A stretch of DNA of 28,119 bases from Deltaproteobacteria bacterium. Lineage in GTDB: Bacteria > Desulfobacterota > Desulfobacteria > Desulfobacterales > Desulfosalsimonadaceae. The DNA is taken from NCBI GenBank assembly GCA_024280875.1, contig JAJRPH010000087.1, positions 1 to 28,119 on the forward strand, given 5' to 3'. Positions 1 to 8,876 of this stretch are shown in pieces (the stretch's first letter is position 1; every line of letters begins with the position of its first letter). The notes under the pieces were generated by a model. The model was not told the DNA's origin. It made no database searches and saw only the letters and a list, made by a program, of their open reading frames with translations. The translations under genes and the position numbers were made by a program.

Positions 1-5
1 CCGAT

Positions 6-25
6 GGATTAAGTGGGAGTTAATT
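6..25 (+). mobile_element. Possible right arm (L'/R') of an upstream integron attC site, degenerate
   Basis: TTAAG-TGGGA-GTTA(ATT) resembles the end of Vibrio-type attC (TTAGG-CGGGC-GTTA). GTT core at 19-21. The rest of the site would lie left of the window. Confidence 0.4.
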
Positions 26-44
26 AATTTTAAAAAACATAGCA

Positions 45-73
45 TTGACATTTTGATACCACATTGATACTAT
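45..73 (+). promoter_or_regulatory. Sigma70 promoter of hicAB with TTGATAC direct repeats in the spacer
   Basis: TTGACA (45-50), 17-bp spacer, TACTAT (68-73). TTGATAC at 53-59 and 64-70. Confidence 0.8.
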
Positions 74-79
74 ATTCAC

Positions 80-274
80 ATGGCGCGGAAAATCAGACAA
101 CTTATTAAGGATCTTGAAAAAGCAGCTTTTATTAATCGAGGTGGCAAGGGTAGCCATCGTAATTTTATTCATCCCAAAGGAATCGTCATTACAGTCTCCG
201 GCAAACCTGGTGATGATGCAAAAGCTTATCAAGAAAAAGAAGTTGAAATTAAAATAAAGAGGTCTAAAAAATGA
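80..274 (+). CDS. hicA: HicA-family mRNA interferase toxin
   Basis: 64 aa, basic, with the GGKGSH motif (catalytic His) typical of HicA. Stop overlaps the next start (ATGA). Confidence 0.93.
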   Translation: MARKIRQLIKDLEKAAFINRGGKGSHRNFIHPKGIVITVSGKPGDDAKAYQEKEVEIKIKRSKK

Positions 275-651
275 ATAAAAAAGACCATTTTCTAAAAATT
301 GTTGAATGGTCGGATGAAGATCAATGCTATGTGGGTTCAATTCCCGGCTGGATTGGTAAATGCTGTCATGGCGACAACGAAGAAGACGTTTATCATGAAC
401 TATGTCAGATACTGGAAGAATGGGTTGAAATTTACAAAAAAGATAATCTTCCTTTACCTTCAAGTATTACTGCAAAGAAATTCTCTGGTAAATTTCAATT
501 ACGAATTGATAGTGATTTGCATAAAGCACTTACTATTCGGGCAATGCAATCAAATGAAAGTTTAAATAATTTTTGTAAAAAAATATTAAAAAGAACAATT
601 TTACAACCTGATCAAAGTCTTACGAATAACGATTGCATTGAACGGGACTAA
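271..651 (+). CDS. hicB: HicB antitoxin with C-terminal ribbon-helix-helix
   Basis: N-terminal 'VEWSDEDQCYVGSIPGWIGKCCHGD' partial RNase H-like fold. C-terminal 'FSGKFQLRIDSDLHKAL...SLN' RHH. Confidence 0.93.
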   Translation: MNKKDHFLKIVEWSDEDQCYVGSIPGWIGKCCHGDNEEDVYHELCQILEEWVEIYKKDNLPLPSSITAKKFSGKFQLRIDSDLHKALTIRAMQSNESLNNFCKKILKRTILQPDQSLTNNDCIERD

Positions 652-712
652 AAACGCTGTTTTGGTCACGCACCTTTTTTCAGCGACCATTCATACGCTT
701 AAAAAAAAGAGG
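624..712 (+). mobile_element. attC-like site: left arm recognisable, right arm degenerate or truncated
   Basis: GAATAAC-GATTG-CATTGAAC-GGGACT-AAAAACGC parallels the Vibrio VCR left arm TAAC-AAACG-CCTCAAGA-GGGACT-GTCAACGC. The hicB stop (649-651) lies inside it. The right boundary is approximate. Confidence 0.5.
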
Positions 713-770
713 CTCCACACATTTCAGCATCGAAGAAATGTTATAACTATTTAAAATTTAAAGAAAGAAG

Positions 771-847
771 TGGTCGGGGCGGTAGGATTTGAACCTACGA
801 CTCCCTGCTCCCAAAGCAGGTGCGCTGCCAGACTGCGCCACGCCCCG
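771..847 (-). tRNA. tRNA-Pro(TGG)
   Basis: Reverse complement CGGGGCGTGGCGCAGTCTGG...CCTGC-TTTGGGA-GCAGG...GGTTCAAATCC...GCCCCGACCA. 77 nt, encoded CCA. Confidence 0.98.
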
Positions 848-864
848 ATAATTTTGATGGGGTG

Positions 865-893
865 TAACTATCATCCTTTTTTCAAACAATCAA
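865..893 (-). promoter_or_regulatory. Probable tRNA-Pro promoter
   Basis: Minus strand TTGATT-N17-TAGTTA with an extended -10 TG. The same -10 hexamer occurs upstream of tRNA-Val. Confidence 0.45.
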
Positions 894-907
894 GCTGATA
901 ATTTTAG

Positions 908-1678
908 TTAGCGGGTTAAATATACATCAACCCCCTTTTTGATGCTTTTTGCCGCATCGGTTAAAAAAGAAATATCATTTAATCGCTTTTCTGTTTTTGG
1001 ATTTGTCAGATATCCGGTTTCAATGATAATTGCCGGCATATCAAGACCTTCAAGTACGCGCAGTGCTGCTGCTGAAATAGTCACTTCCCGGATTTCCGGA
1101 TTCCCGGCAAGCTGTGCCTTCATGCATCCTGCCAGCGCCTGGCTTTTTTTCTGATACCGGAGCTGAATATGGTCCCAATTTAATCTCAAATCGTCACCAT
1201 TGCCCCGGATAACAGCTCTCAGTTCCTTGCCATCATTACGGTGCTCTGCTTTTTTATAATAAAAAACCGACCAGTTATCCATCTGGTACCGACTCCCTCC
1301 GCCAGCATGAATGCTGATAAACATGTCTGCCCTATGATAGTTGGCAACAGAGGCCCGCCGCGTCAGCGCTACCTGGTAATCTCCATTGCGGGTAAGCACC
1401 ACTTCATATTTCGGCTTCAGTTCTTTTGCCAGAATTTGCGCAAAATATAATGTTCGCTCTTTTTCAAGGCTGCCGTCAGGACCCTGCGCTCCATTATCAT
1501 AGCCCCCATGTCCAGGATCAATGACAATGGTTCTGATGCCGTCTGATTTGGAATCTCTTTCTTCAGCATAAGATAATATTACTGAAATAGTTAACATAGA
1601 CGTAACCAATAAAAAAAGAATCAAAATACCAGGTTTTTTATTACTTCTTTCAATTTTCATCATATCAATTGCTTGCAT
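908..1678 (-). CDS. N-acetylmuramoyl-L-alanine amidase (Amidase_3)
   Basis: N-terminal hydrophobic helix, then 'IVIDPGHGG', 'EKE', 'ADMFISIH' and 'AIIIETGY' zinc/catalytic motifs. The true start may be a slightly later Met. Confidence 0.92.
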   Translation of the reverse strand: MQAIDMMKIERSNKKPGILILFLLVTSMLTISVILSYAEERDSKSDGIRTIVIDPGHGGYDNGAQGPDGSLEKERTLYFAQILAKELKPKYEVVLTRNGDYQVALTRRASVANYHRADMFISIHAGGGSRYQMDNWSVFYYKKAEHRNDGKELRAVIRGNGDDLRLNWDHIQLRYQKKSQALAGCMKAQLAGNPEIREVTISAAALRVLEGLDMPAIIIETGYLTNPKTEKRLNDISFLTDAAKSIKKGVDVYLTR

Positions 1679-1687
1679 CGATTTTCC

Positions 1688-1716
1688 TTGACACCCCCAT
1701 AAATAGATACTATTTT
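1688..1716 (+). promoter_or_regulatory. Possible sigma70 promoter for tRNA-Leu/tig operon
   Basis: TTGACA (1688-1693)-N17-TATTTT (1711-1716). Confidence 0.4.
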
Positions 1717-1857
1717 ATCAAAAATTAAGACATCATCAATCTATTTGGCTATAATCTCAATAAGTTGATGGCACTTTAAAAAAACAATTACAAGTTTTAC
1801 CGTCATCATTTTTTTTTACTCAAAGAAAACAGGAAAATAAAGAAAATAAAATCCAAC

Positions 1858-1942
1858 GCGAGAGTGGCGAAATTGGCAGACGCGCTGGACTTAGGATCCA
1901 GTTCCGCAAGGAATGGGAGTTCGAGTCTCCCCTCTCGCACCA
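1858..1942 (+). tRNA. tRNA-Leu(TAG)
   Basis: GCGAGAGTGGCGAAATTGG...CTGGA-CTTAGGA-TCCAG, long variable arm, GTTCGAGTC, ends CACCA. 85 nt. Confidence 0.98.
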
Positions 1943-2138
1943 ACGATATAAGATATCCAGACCCAAAATAGTGTTTCCAATTTCGCAAATATTAGCAGGC
2001 AAAATTTGGAAACCGTCCGCAACATTTAAAAAATACATTATAAATAACTGTAGTGAATATTTTGTAATGCGTTGCAAGCCATTATTTAATAATTAACTGG
2101 GGTTTGGTCAGACATTTACTTTAGAGAGGAACCTTTCA

Positions 2139-3473
2139 ATGGAAATAACAGTTACAGATATCAATTCAGTTAAAAAGAAGGTACAGATCAAGATTCCCCA
2201 GGCAGATGTTGCAAAAGAACTTGACTCTGCCTACCTTCAACTCAAAAAAAACGCTAAGGTCAAAGGTTTCAGGCCTGGCAAAACGCCTCGTTCCGTACTG
2301 GAACGGATGTTTCACAAAGACGTGCACGCAGATGTCACCAATTCATTAATTCAGAATACATTTATCGATGCCGTTAAACTGGAATCCCTTGCATTTATTG
2401 GGACACCGGACATTGATTCGCCGGAACTGGATCCCAATAGCCCGTTTATTTATGACATCACAGTAGAACTGAAGCCGGAATTGTCTGACATCAATTTTGA
2501 AGGGGTTGAAATAAAAAAGACCCTTTATAAAATGTCAGAAACTGAAGTGGATAAACAGATTGAACTGCTGCAGAAACAGCTGGCGGAAACTCAGCCCATT
2601 AATGAAGATCGCGCGGCAGCTGACGGGGATCATGCAATCATCGACTATGAAGGACTTAAAGACGGAAATCCCTTTGAACCGACCCAAAAAACGGAAAATC
2701 ATACCCTTATAATCGGCCAGAAAATGATATCTGAAGAGTTTGACAAACAGATTATCGGAATGAATCCCGGCGAACAAAAAGAATTTCCCATTACTTTCCC
2801 AGAAGATTACCACAACAAGGATCTGGCCAACCTTGAAATCACATTTACTGCGACACTCAAGGAACTTCGCCAGGAAGTGCTTCCTGAAGCCAATGATGAA
2901 CTGGCTAAAAAACTGGGAAATTTTAAGACATTAGAAGATGTTAAAGATGCGATTCGAAAAAACCTTCAGGAAGGTTATGACAAGCGTTCTGATCAGGAAA
3001 TTCAGGAGCAGATATTTGAAAAGCTGCTGACCGAAAAATTTGAACTTCCTGAAACCTTAGTAAAATTTGAACTTGACGGCATCATTTCAGACACTGAAAT
3101 GAGATTTTCTCAAAGTAATGTAACCCTGGACCAGCTGGGGCTTTCCCGCGAAAAACTTGAAGAACAGTATCGGGATGTTGCTGAAAATCAGGTCCGGCGA
3201 CACCTTTTCTTGAGCAAAATTATTGAGCAGGAACAGATGGAATTGCCGGAAGAAGAATTAAATACCGAATATGAGTCCCTTTCTGTAACCGTTGGACAAC
3301 CTATCGATTTTATAAAAGAATACTACCAGAAAAATCCGGATAAGCTCGAAGGTTTCAAACATGCCATACTTGAAAAAAAGGTGTTTGATCTTATAATAAA
3401 AAAAGCAGTAATTGAAGAAGTCGAACCTGAAGCGGCTGATCCTGAAAAATCATCCGACGCAGCTTCAAAATAG
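2139..3473 (+). CDS. tig: Trigger factor
   Basis: GFRPGK ribosome-binding loop, FKBP-type domain, 444 aa, canonical position before clpP. Confidence 0.98.
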   Translation: MEITVTDINSVKKKVQIKIPQADVAKELDSAYLQLKKNAKVKGFRPGKTPRSVLERMFHKDVHADVTNSLIQNTFIDAVKLESLAFIGTPDIDSPELDPNSPFIYDITVELKPELSDINFEGVEIKKTLYKMSETEVDKQIELLQKQLAETQPINEDRAAADGDHAIIDYEGLKDGNPFEPTQKTENHTLIIGQKMISEEFDKQIIGMNPGEQKEFPITFPEDYHNKDLANLEITFTATLKELRQEVLPEANDELAKKLGNFKTLEDVKDAIRKNLQEGYDKRSDQEIQEQIFEKLLTEKFELPETLVKFELDGIISDTEMRFSQSNVTLDQLGLSREKLEEQYRDVAENQVRRHLFLSKIIEQEQMELPEEELNTEYESLSVTVGQPIDFIKEYYQKNPDKLEGFKHAILEKKVFDLIIKKAVIEEVEPEAADPEKSSDAASK

Positions 3474-3559
3474 TGTCGATCCGAAAATTGGACGAAATAA
3501 CCAATTATGGATGAACAAGAATAAAACTAACAGTTGACGAAAGTTAAAGGAGGCTTACA

Positions 3560-4174
3560 TTGCCATTAATTCCAATGGTCATTGAACAAACCAGCAAAGG
3601 GGAAAGAGCCTATGATATTTATTCCAGGCTGCTTAAGGACCGTATCATATTCCTCGGCACTGCAATAAATGATGATGTAGCAAACCTCATGATTGCTCAA
3701 ATGCTTTTTCTCGAATCAGAAGATCCGGACAAAGACATTAATTTGTATGTCAATTCTCCTGGAGGATCTGTCACTTCCGGAATGGCAATATACGACACCA
3801 TGCAGTATATCAAACCGGACATTACCACAGTTTGCATTGGCCAGGCGGCCAGCATGGGGGCACTTTTACTTACAGCCGGAGCCAAAGGGAAACGTTATTC
3901 GCTTCCCAACTCCAGGATCATGATTCATCAACCCATGGGCGGAGTCCAGGGCCAGGCGTCTGATATAAAAATTCAGGCGGAAGAAATCATCCGTTTGCGT
4001 GGTAAATTAAATAACATATTGGCATTTCATACAAATCAGGATATTAAAAAGATAGAGATCGATACGGATCGTGATTTTTTCATGTCAGGTGATGAAGCCC
4101 AGGAATACGGACTCATCGACCATGTGATAAACAACCGTGATGATCTTGATAAAATCATAGAATCGGAGGCCTAA
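3560..4174 (+). CDS. clpP: ATP-dependent Clp protease proteolytic subunit
   Basis: '[16 protein letters not shown]', 'GQAASMG' (Ser), 'MIHQP' (His). TTG start with GGAGG at 3549-3553. Confidence 0.99.
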   Translation: MPLIPMVIEQTSKGERAYDIYSRLLKDRIIFLGTAINDDVANLMIAQMLFLESEDPDKDINLYVNSPGGSVTSGMAIYDTMQYIKPDITTVCIGQAASMGALLLTAGAKGKRYSLPNSRIMIHQPMGGVQGQASDIKIQAEEIIRLRGKLNNILAFHTNQDIKKIEIDTDRDFFMSGDEAQEYGLIDHVINNRDDLDKIIESEA

Positions 4175-4175
4175 T

Positions 4176-5423
4176 ATGCCAAATAAAGGCGATGATACGA
4201 CTGATAATCTTTTCTGCTCATTTTGTGGCAAAAATCAGCAGGAAGTCAAAAAACTAATCGCCGGCCCTGCAGTTTACATATGCGATGAATGTATCCAGCT
4301 TTGCAGTGAAATTATTGAAGAAGAAAGCAGCAAAGATACTGATCTTGCCGGACAGACCCTGACACCGGCGGAAATCAAAGAGAAACTGGATGAATATGTC
4401 ATTCAACAGGACCATGCCAAAAAAGTTCTCTCCGTTGCTGTTCATAATCATTACAAACGGTTGGAAACAAGCGTTAATACAGACGAGGTGGAGATACAGA
4501 AAAGTAATATCCTTTTAATCGGCCCCACCGGATGCGGTAAAACCTTACTGGCCCAGACTTTGGCACGGTTTTTAAATGTACCGTTCACCATAGCCGATGC
4601 GACAAGCCTGACAGAGGCCGGTTATGTTGGTGAAGATGTTGAAAATATTGTTCTGGCTCTTCTTCAAAATGCTGATTATGACGTGGAAAAAGCCCAGCGC
4701 GGAATTGTGTACATTGATGAAATAGACAAAATCTCACAAATGTCAGACAATCCATCAATTACCCGGGATGTTTCCGGTGAAGGGGTTCAGCAGGCGCTGT
4801 TGAAAATTATTGAGGGGACAACCGCCAGCGTACCCCCCAAAGGCGGCCGAAAGCACCCCCAGCAGGATTTTGTTAAAGTTGACACATCCAACATCCTCTT
4901 CATTTGTGGGGGCACATTTACCGGCCTGGATCAGATTATCCGGCGGCGCATCGGATCAAAACTGATGGGCTTTGGCGCAAAAGTTGTCAGCAAGACAGAA
5001 AGCAGCAACAGTGAAATTTTGCAGATGATTGAAACCGAAGACCTGATTAAATTCGGCCTGATTCCTGAATTTATGGGTCGTTTGCCGGTTGTGGCAACCC
5101 TCCAGGAACTGGATGAAGACGCGCTGATTAAAATCCTGACTTTGCCTAAAAATGCAATTATCAAACAGTTTCAAAAGCTTTTTGAAATTGAAGACGTCAA
5201 CCTCAGGTTTACAGACAGCGCACTTTCAGCGATCGCCAGCGAAAGTTTAAAAAGAAAAGCCGGCGCACGTGGACTTCGGGCAATTCTTGAAACGTCAATG
5301 CTTGATATTATGTATGAATTGCCGTCCATCGGCGGAGTCAAAGAATGTGTTGTCGGTGAAGAAGTTATCCTCAACAAGGAAGAGCCTATTTTATTGTACG
5401 AAAATTCCAAAAAGCAGGCGTAA
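4176..5423 (+). CDS. clpX: Clp protease ATP-binding subunit ClpX
   Basis: CSFC...CDEC zinc finger, GPTGCGKT Walker A, '[14 protein letters not shown]', 'GGRKHP'. Confidence 0.99.
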   Translation: MPNKGDDTTDNLFCSFCGKNQQEVKKLIAGPAVYICDECIQLCSEIIEEESSKDTDLAGQTLTPAEIKEKLDEYVIQQDHAKKVLSVAVHNHYKRLETSVNTDEVEIQKSNILLIGPTGCGKTLLAQTLARFLNVPFTIADATSLTEAGYVGEDVENIVLALLQNADYDVEKAQRGIVYIDEIDKISQMSDNPSITRDVSGEGVQQALLKIIEGTTASVPPKGGRKHPQQDFVKVDTSNILFICGGTFTGLDQIIRRRIGSKLMGFGAKVVSKTESSNSEILQMIETEDLIKFGLIPEFMGRLPVVATLQELDEDALIKILTLPKNAIIKQFQKLFEIEDVNLRFTDSALSAIASESLKRKAGARGLRAILETSMLDIMYELPSIGGVKECVVGEEVILNKEEPILLYENSKKQA

Positions 5424-5487
5424 GCTCTTAACCCGGAAAATCGGATAAACCGGAAAAGTTAAAAATTAATTTAAAATTTGAACCCGT

Positions 5488-5533
5488 CACCTCAATAACC
5501 GATTGAATATTGGTTATTGAGGTGTTTTTTTTT
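5488..5533 (+). terminator. Intrinsic terminator after clpX
   Basis: 13-bp perfect stem CACCTCAATAACC / GGTTATTGAGGTG followed by a T run. Confidence 0.85.
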
Positions 5534-5719
5534 GATTTAATCCAGCATATAATACGCGCACTCTGAGCACCGACTATATCCAAAAAAAACCTCTTTTTTT
5601 GAAATTACACTTGCCACCGTTAGCTTTAGTGCTTAGTTTATCTTCAACTATTTGTCTTTATCTCAGACAAAAAATTCTTATAATTTTGAAAACCAGTAAA
5701 AAGAGATTAATTAAATCCT

Positions 5720-8179
5720 ATGATACATATACCAAAAATTTTCAGACCCGATGATTCGTCAGAAGATGGAAATCAATCCCCCATAACACTTCCCCTGCTG
5801 CCTTTGCGCGATATTGTTGTGTTCCCTCACATGGTATCCCCGCTTTTCGTGGGAAGATCAAAATCAATCAATGCCATTTCCGAGGCTATGAACTCCGAAG
5901 AAAAATATATTCTTCTCTCCACGCAATCTGATGCGGGAAAAGAAATTCCCAAGGAAAATGAAATCAATAAAATCGGAACGATTGCAAAAGTTCTTCAGAT
6001 GCTCCGGCTTCCCGACGGGACAGTGAAGACCGTTGTCGAAGGTAAATATCGCGCACGTATTGTCGATTTTAAACCAAACGAAAGCTTTTTTGAAGTTAAC
6101 CTTGAAATAATTGAAGAACCGGAAATTAATCAAAGTGAAAAAGAAGCTTTTTCCCGAAATATCAATATGCTGTTGAAGGACTATGCGGAACTGAATAAAA
6201 ACTTTTCAAAAGACACGCTCAAGAACCTTTCCATTATTACGGATCCGGTTAAAATGGTATACACCGTTGCCGGTCACTTTTCTTTTAAAACGGCAGCAAA
6301 CCAGTCTTTGCTGGAAACCGCCGCCATTAGTGAACGCCTCACCCACTTAATTGAATTGATTAAACAGGAAATCATTATTCTGGAGACCGACAAGCTGATC
6401 AAAAGCCGTATTAAAGAACAAATGGAGAAAAGCCAAAAAAACTATTACCTCAATGAACAGATGCGGGCCATTAAAAAAGAAATGGGATCTGATGACTCAG
6501 AAGCCGACGAATTAAAAGATCTTGAACAACGCATCAATCAGAAAAAAATGTCCAAAGAGGCAAATACAAAAACCAAACATGAATTGAAAAAGCTGAAAAT
6601 GATGACACCCATGTCGGCGGAAGCAACTGTTGTAAGAAATTATATCGACTGGCTGATCAGCCTGCCATGGAGAAAAAAAAGCAAAGTCGCTAAAGATATC
6701 GAAAAGGCGCAAAAAATCCTGGATGAAGACCACTACGGACTTAAAAAACCCAAGGAACGAATCCTTGAATACCTTGCCGTTCAAACTCTGGTGAAGAAAT
6801 TGCGAGGACCGATACTCTGCCTGGTGGGTCCTCCGGGGGTCGGTAAGACGTCTCTTGCAAAATCCGTTGCAAGGGCCACTGGTCGAAAATTCGTCAGGCT
6901 ATCTTTGGGCGGGGTCCGGGATGAAGCTGAAATTCGGGGGCATCGCCGGACCTATATTGGCGCCATGCCCGGTAAAATTATCCAGTCTTTAAAAAAAGTC
7001 CATGTCAACAACCCGGTTTTTTGCCTGGATGAAATCGATAAAATGAGCATGGATTTTAGGGGCGATCCGTCTGCCGCACTTTTAGAGGTGCTAGACCCGG
7101 AACAAAACTACGGTTTTAACGACCATTATCTTGATGTGGAGTATGATCTGTCGGATATTATGTTTATCACCACGGCCAACACACTGCCGGATATACCGCT
7201 GCCGCTTCAGGACCGGATGGAAATCATCCGTCTTTCCGGGTACACGGAAGTTGAGAAATACCATATTGCCGAAAAATTTCTGGTACCTAAACAGATTAAA
7301 CAAAACGGGTTAAAAAAGAATAAAGTCATATTTTCCAAAAATTCGATTTACGCTATTATCCGGGGCTACACCCGTGAAGCCGGAGTACGGAACCTGGAAC
7401 GGGAAATTGCCTCCATCTGTCGAAAAATTGCAAAAGACCTGCTCAAAAACAAAAAACATATCAATAGCAAGGTCACCTCAATTTCGTCAAAAACAGTTGA
7501 AAAATATCTGGGACCCGGACGAACCAACTTCGGCCTGGTGGAAAAAGAAAACCAAGTCGGTATTGTCACGGGCCTTGCCTGGACACAGTTCGGTGGTGAA
7601 CTCCTGAGCGTGGAAACGGTGACTATGCCCGGCAAAGGAAACTTCACCGTGTCCGGAAAGCTGGGGGACGTGATGAAAGAGTCTGCCAAAGCCGCTATCA
7701 GCTACGTTCGATCACGATCCGAACAGTTCAATATCGATCAGCTGTTTCATGAAAAAACAGACATCCATATTCATGTGCCCGAAGGGGCAATTCCTAAAGA
7801 CGGCCCGTCTGCCGGGATTGCCATGTGCACAGCCATTATCTCGGCACTTACCAAGCTTCCGATAGACAGGGATGTGGCGATGACAGGAGAGATAACCCTC
7901 CGCGGCCGGGTTCTTCCCATCGGCGGATTAAAAGAAAAAATTCTGGCTGCCCACAGGGGCGGTATTAAAAAAGTATTAATCCCCAAGGATAATGAGCGGG
8001 ATATCAGCGATATTCCTGCCAGTGTGGTCAAACAGCTGACCATCATTGCTGTGGAACATATGGATGAAGTCATCAAGCATTCAATCATTGAGAGCGATGA
8101 CAAACCGCTGTACAATCATTCTTATAATTTTGACAAGGGCAAGCTGGATGACTCAGATATCGTGGCCGCCGATGCGTAA
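5720..8179 (+). CDS. lon: Lon protease (endopeptidase La)
   Basis: '[13 protein letters not shown]', GPPGVGKTS Walker A, 'PKDGPSAG' (Ser), 'GGLKEK' (Lys). Confidence 0.99.
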   Translation: MIHIPKIFRPDDSSEDGNQSPITLPLLPLRDIVVFPHMVSPLFVGRSKSINAISEAMNSEEKYILLSTQSDAGKEIPKENEINKIGTIAKVLQMLRLPDGTVKTVVEGKYRARIVDFKPNESFFEVNLEIIEEPEINQSEKEAFSRNINMLLKDYAELNKNFSKDTLKNLSIITDPVKMVYTVAGHFSFKTAANQSLLETAAISERLTHLIELIKQEIIILETDKLIKSRIKEQMEKSQKNYYLNEQMRAIKKEMGSDDSEADELKDLEQRINQKKMSKEANTKTKHELKKLKMMTPMSAEATVVRNYIDWLISLPWRKKSKVAKDIEKAQKILDEDHYGLKKPKERILEYLAVQTLVKKLRGPILCLVGPPGVGKTSLAKSVARATGRKFVRLSLGGVRDEAEIRGHRRTYIGAMPGKIIQSLKKVHVNNPVFCLDEIDKMSMDFRGDPSAALLEVLDPEQNYGFNDHYLDVEYDLSDIMFITTANTLPDIPLPLQDRMEIIRLSGYTEVEKYHIAEKFLVPKQIKQNGLKKNKVIFSKNSIYAIIRGYTREAGVRNLEREIASICRKIAKDLLKNKKHINSKVTSISSKTVEKYLGPGRTNFGLVEKENQVGIVTGLAWTQFGGELLSVETVTMPGKGNFTVSGKLGDVMKESAKAAISYVRSRSEQFNIDQLFHEKTDIHIHVPEGAIPKDGPSAGIAMCTAIISALTKLPIDRDVAMTGEITLRGRVLPIGGLKEKILAAHRGGIKKVLIPKDNERDISDIPASVVKQLTIIAVEHMDEVIKHSIIESDDKPLYNHSYNFDKGKLDDSDIVAADA

Positions 8180-8336
8180 CCGGCATTCCTTATCTTTTTG
8201 TGCGGCACACGACAAAAATAAATTTCCCATACCGTGAAACCATTAAAAAAATTAACCGGTTAAAGCTCATCAAATTGCCAATAAGCGACAGTCGACGCCC
8301 GGATTCATTTTTTTGGGAACCATTGATACTTTTAGC

Positions 8337-8365
8337 TTGACATAAAAAAGCTTTATTGTTAGTTA
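8337..8365 (+). promoter_or_regulatory. Probable promoter of tRNA-Val/tRNA-Asp
   Basis: TTGACA (8337-8342)-N17-TAGTTA with an extended -10 TG. Confidence 0.5.
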
Positions 8366-8393
8366 ACGTTTTCTATTAATGATGCAAACTTAA

Positions 8394-8469
8394 GGGCGGG
8401 TAGCTCAGTTGGGAGAGCATCGGCCTTACAAGCCGAGGGTCACAGGTTCAAGCCCTGTTCCGCCTACCA
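8394..8469 (+). tRNA. tRNA-Val(TAC)
   Basis: Anticodon arm TCGGC-CTTACAA-GCCGA, T arm ACAGG-TTCAAGC-CCTGT, ends ACCA. 76 nt. Confidence 0.98.
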
Positions 8470-8479
8470 CCCTTTTTAT

Positions 8480-8560
<81 letters not shown>

Positions 8561-8567
8561 TAAAAAC

Positions 8568-8601
8568 AAGGACTTAGAGAGTTTTTCTAAGTCCTTTTTT
8601 T
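8568..8601 (+). terminator. Island-supplied terminator for the tRNA-Val/Asp transcript
   Basis: AAGGACTTAGA / TCTAAGTCCTT stem followed by a T run. Confidence 0.8.
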
Positions 8602-8659
8602 ATGCCCAAAATTTCATACCCCACACCATACCCCACATTATTAGATTATTTTTGGGCAT
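8602..8659. repeat. 10-bp inverted repeat enclosing tandem CATACCCCACA repeats (arm-type-like sites)
   Basis: ATGCCCAAAA (8602-8611) / TTTTGGGCAT (8650-8659). CATACCCCACA at 8615-8625 and 8627-8637. Confidence 0.8.
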
Positions 8660-8785
8660 CACTCTTTTTTTACTCTCAGACTTTCAGATAAAGCGCCTCC
8701 ATTTCCAAATTTACTCTTTTCCCATATATAGTATGTTTCGAAAGAACCCACACTACATAAAGATTCACGCTCAAATCAACAGAGT

Positions 8786-8851
8786 TTTGTGGATCACTTT
8801 TTAGCAACAAAAAGCTTTGTGGATCACTTTTCGCAAAAAATGATCCACAAA
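8786..8851. repeat. Triple 16-bp repeat: two direct, one inverted
   Basis: TTTGTGGATCACTTTT at 8786-8801 and 8816-8831 (30-bp period). Inverted copy AAAAATGATCCACAAA at 8836-8851 with 1 mismatch. Confidence 0.9.
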
Positions 8852-8876
8852 TTCGCTTATAACGAATATATTAACC

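Noticed and set aside
20-463. 147-aa minus-strand ORF and 299-565 plus-strand ORF
   Set aside because: Shadows of hicAB with no recognisable motifs.
1806-2077. Two minus-strand ORFs (60 and 85 aa)
   Set aside because: Antisense read-through of tRNA-Leu.
5611-5639. TTGCCA-N17-TAGTTT as lon promoter; possible CIRCE/CtsR heat-shock box
   Set aside because: The promoter match is only plausible. No TTAGCACTC-N9-GAGTGCTAA or CtsR repeat is present.
8786-8851. Repeats as a replication origin (DnaA boxes or iterons)
   Set aside because: Only three imperfect boxes, no Rep gene and no oriC gene context. Kept only as one option in the finding.
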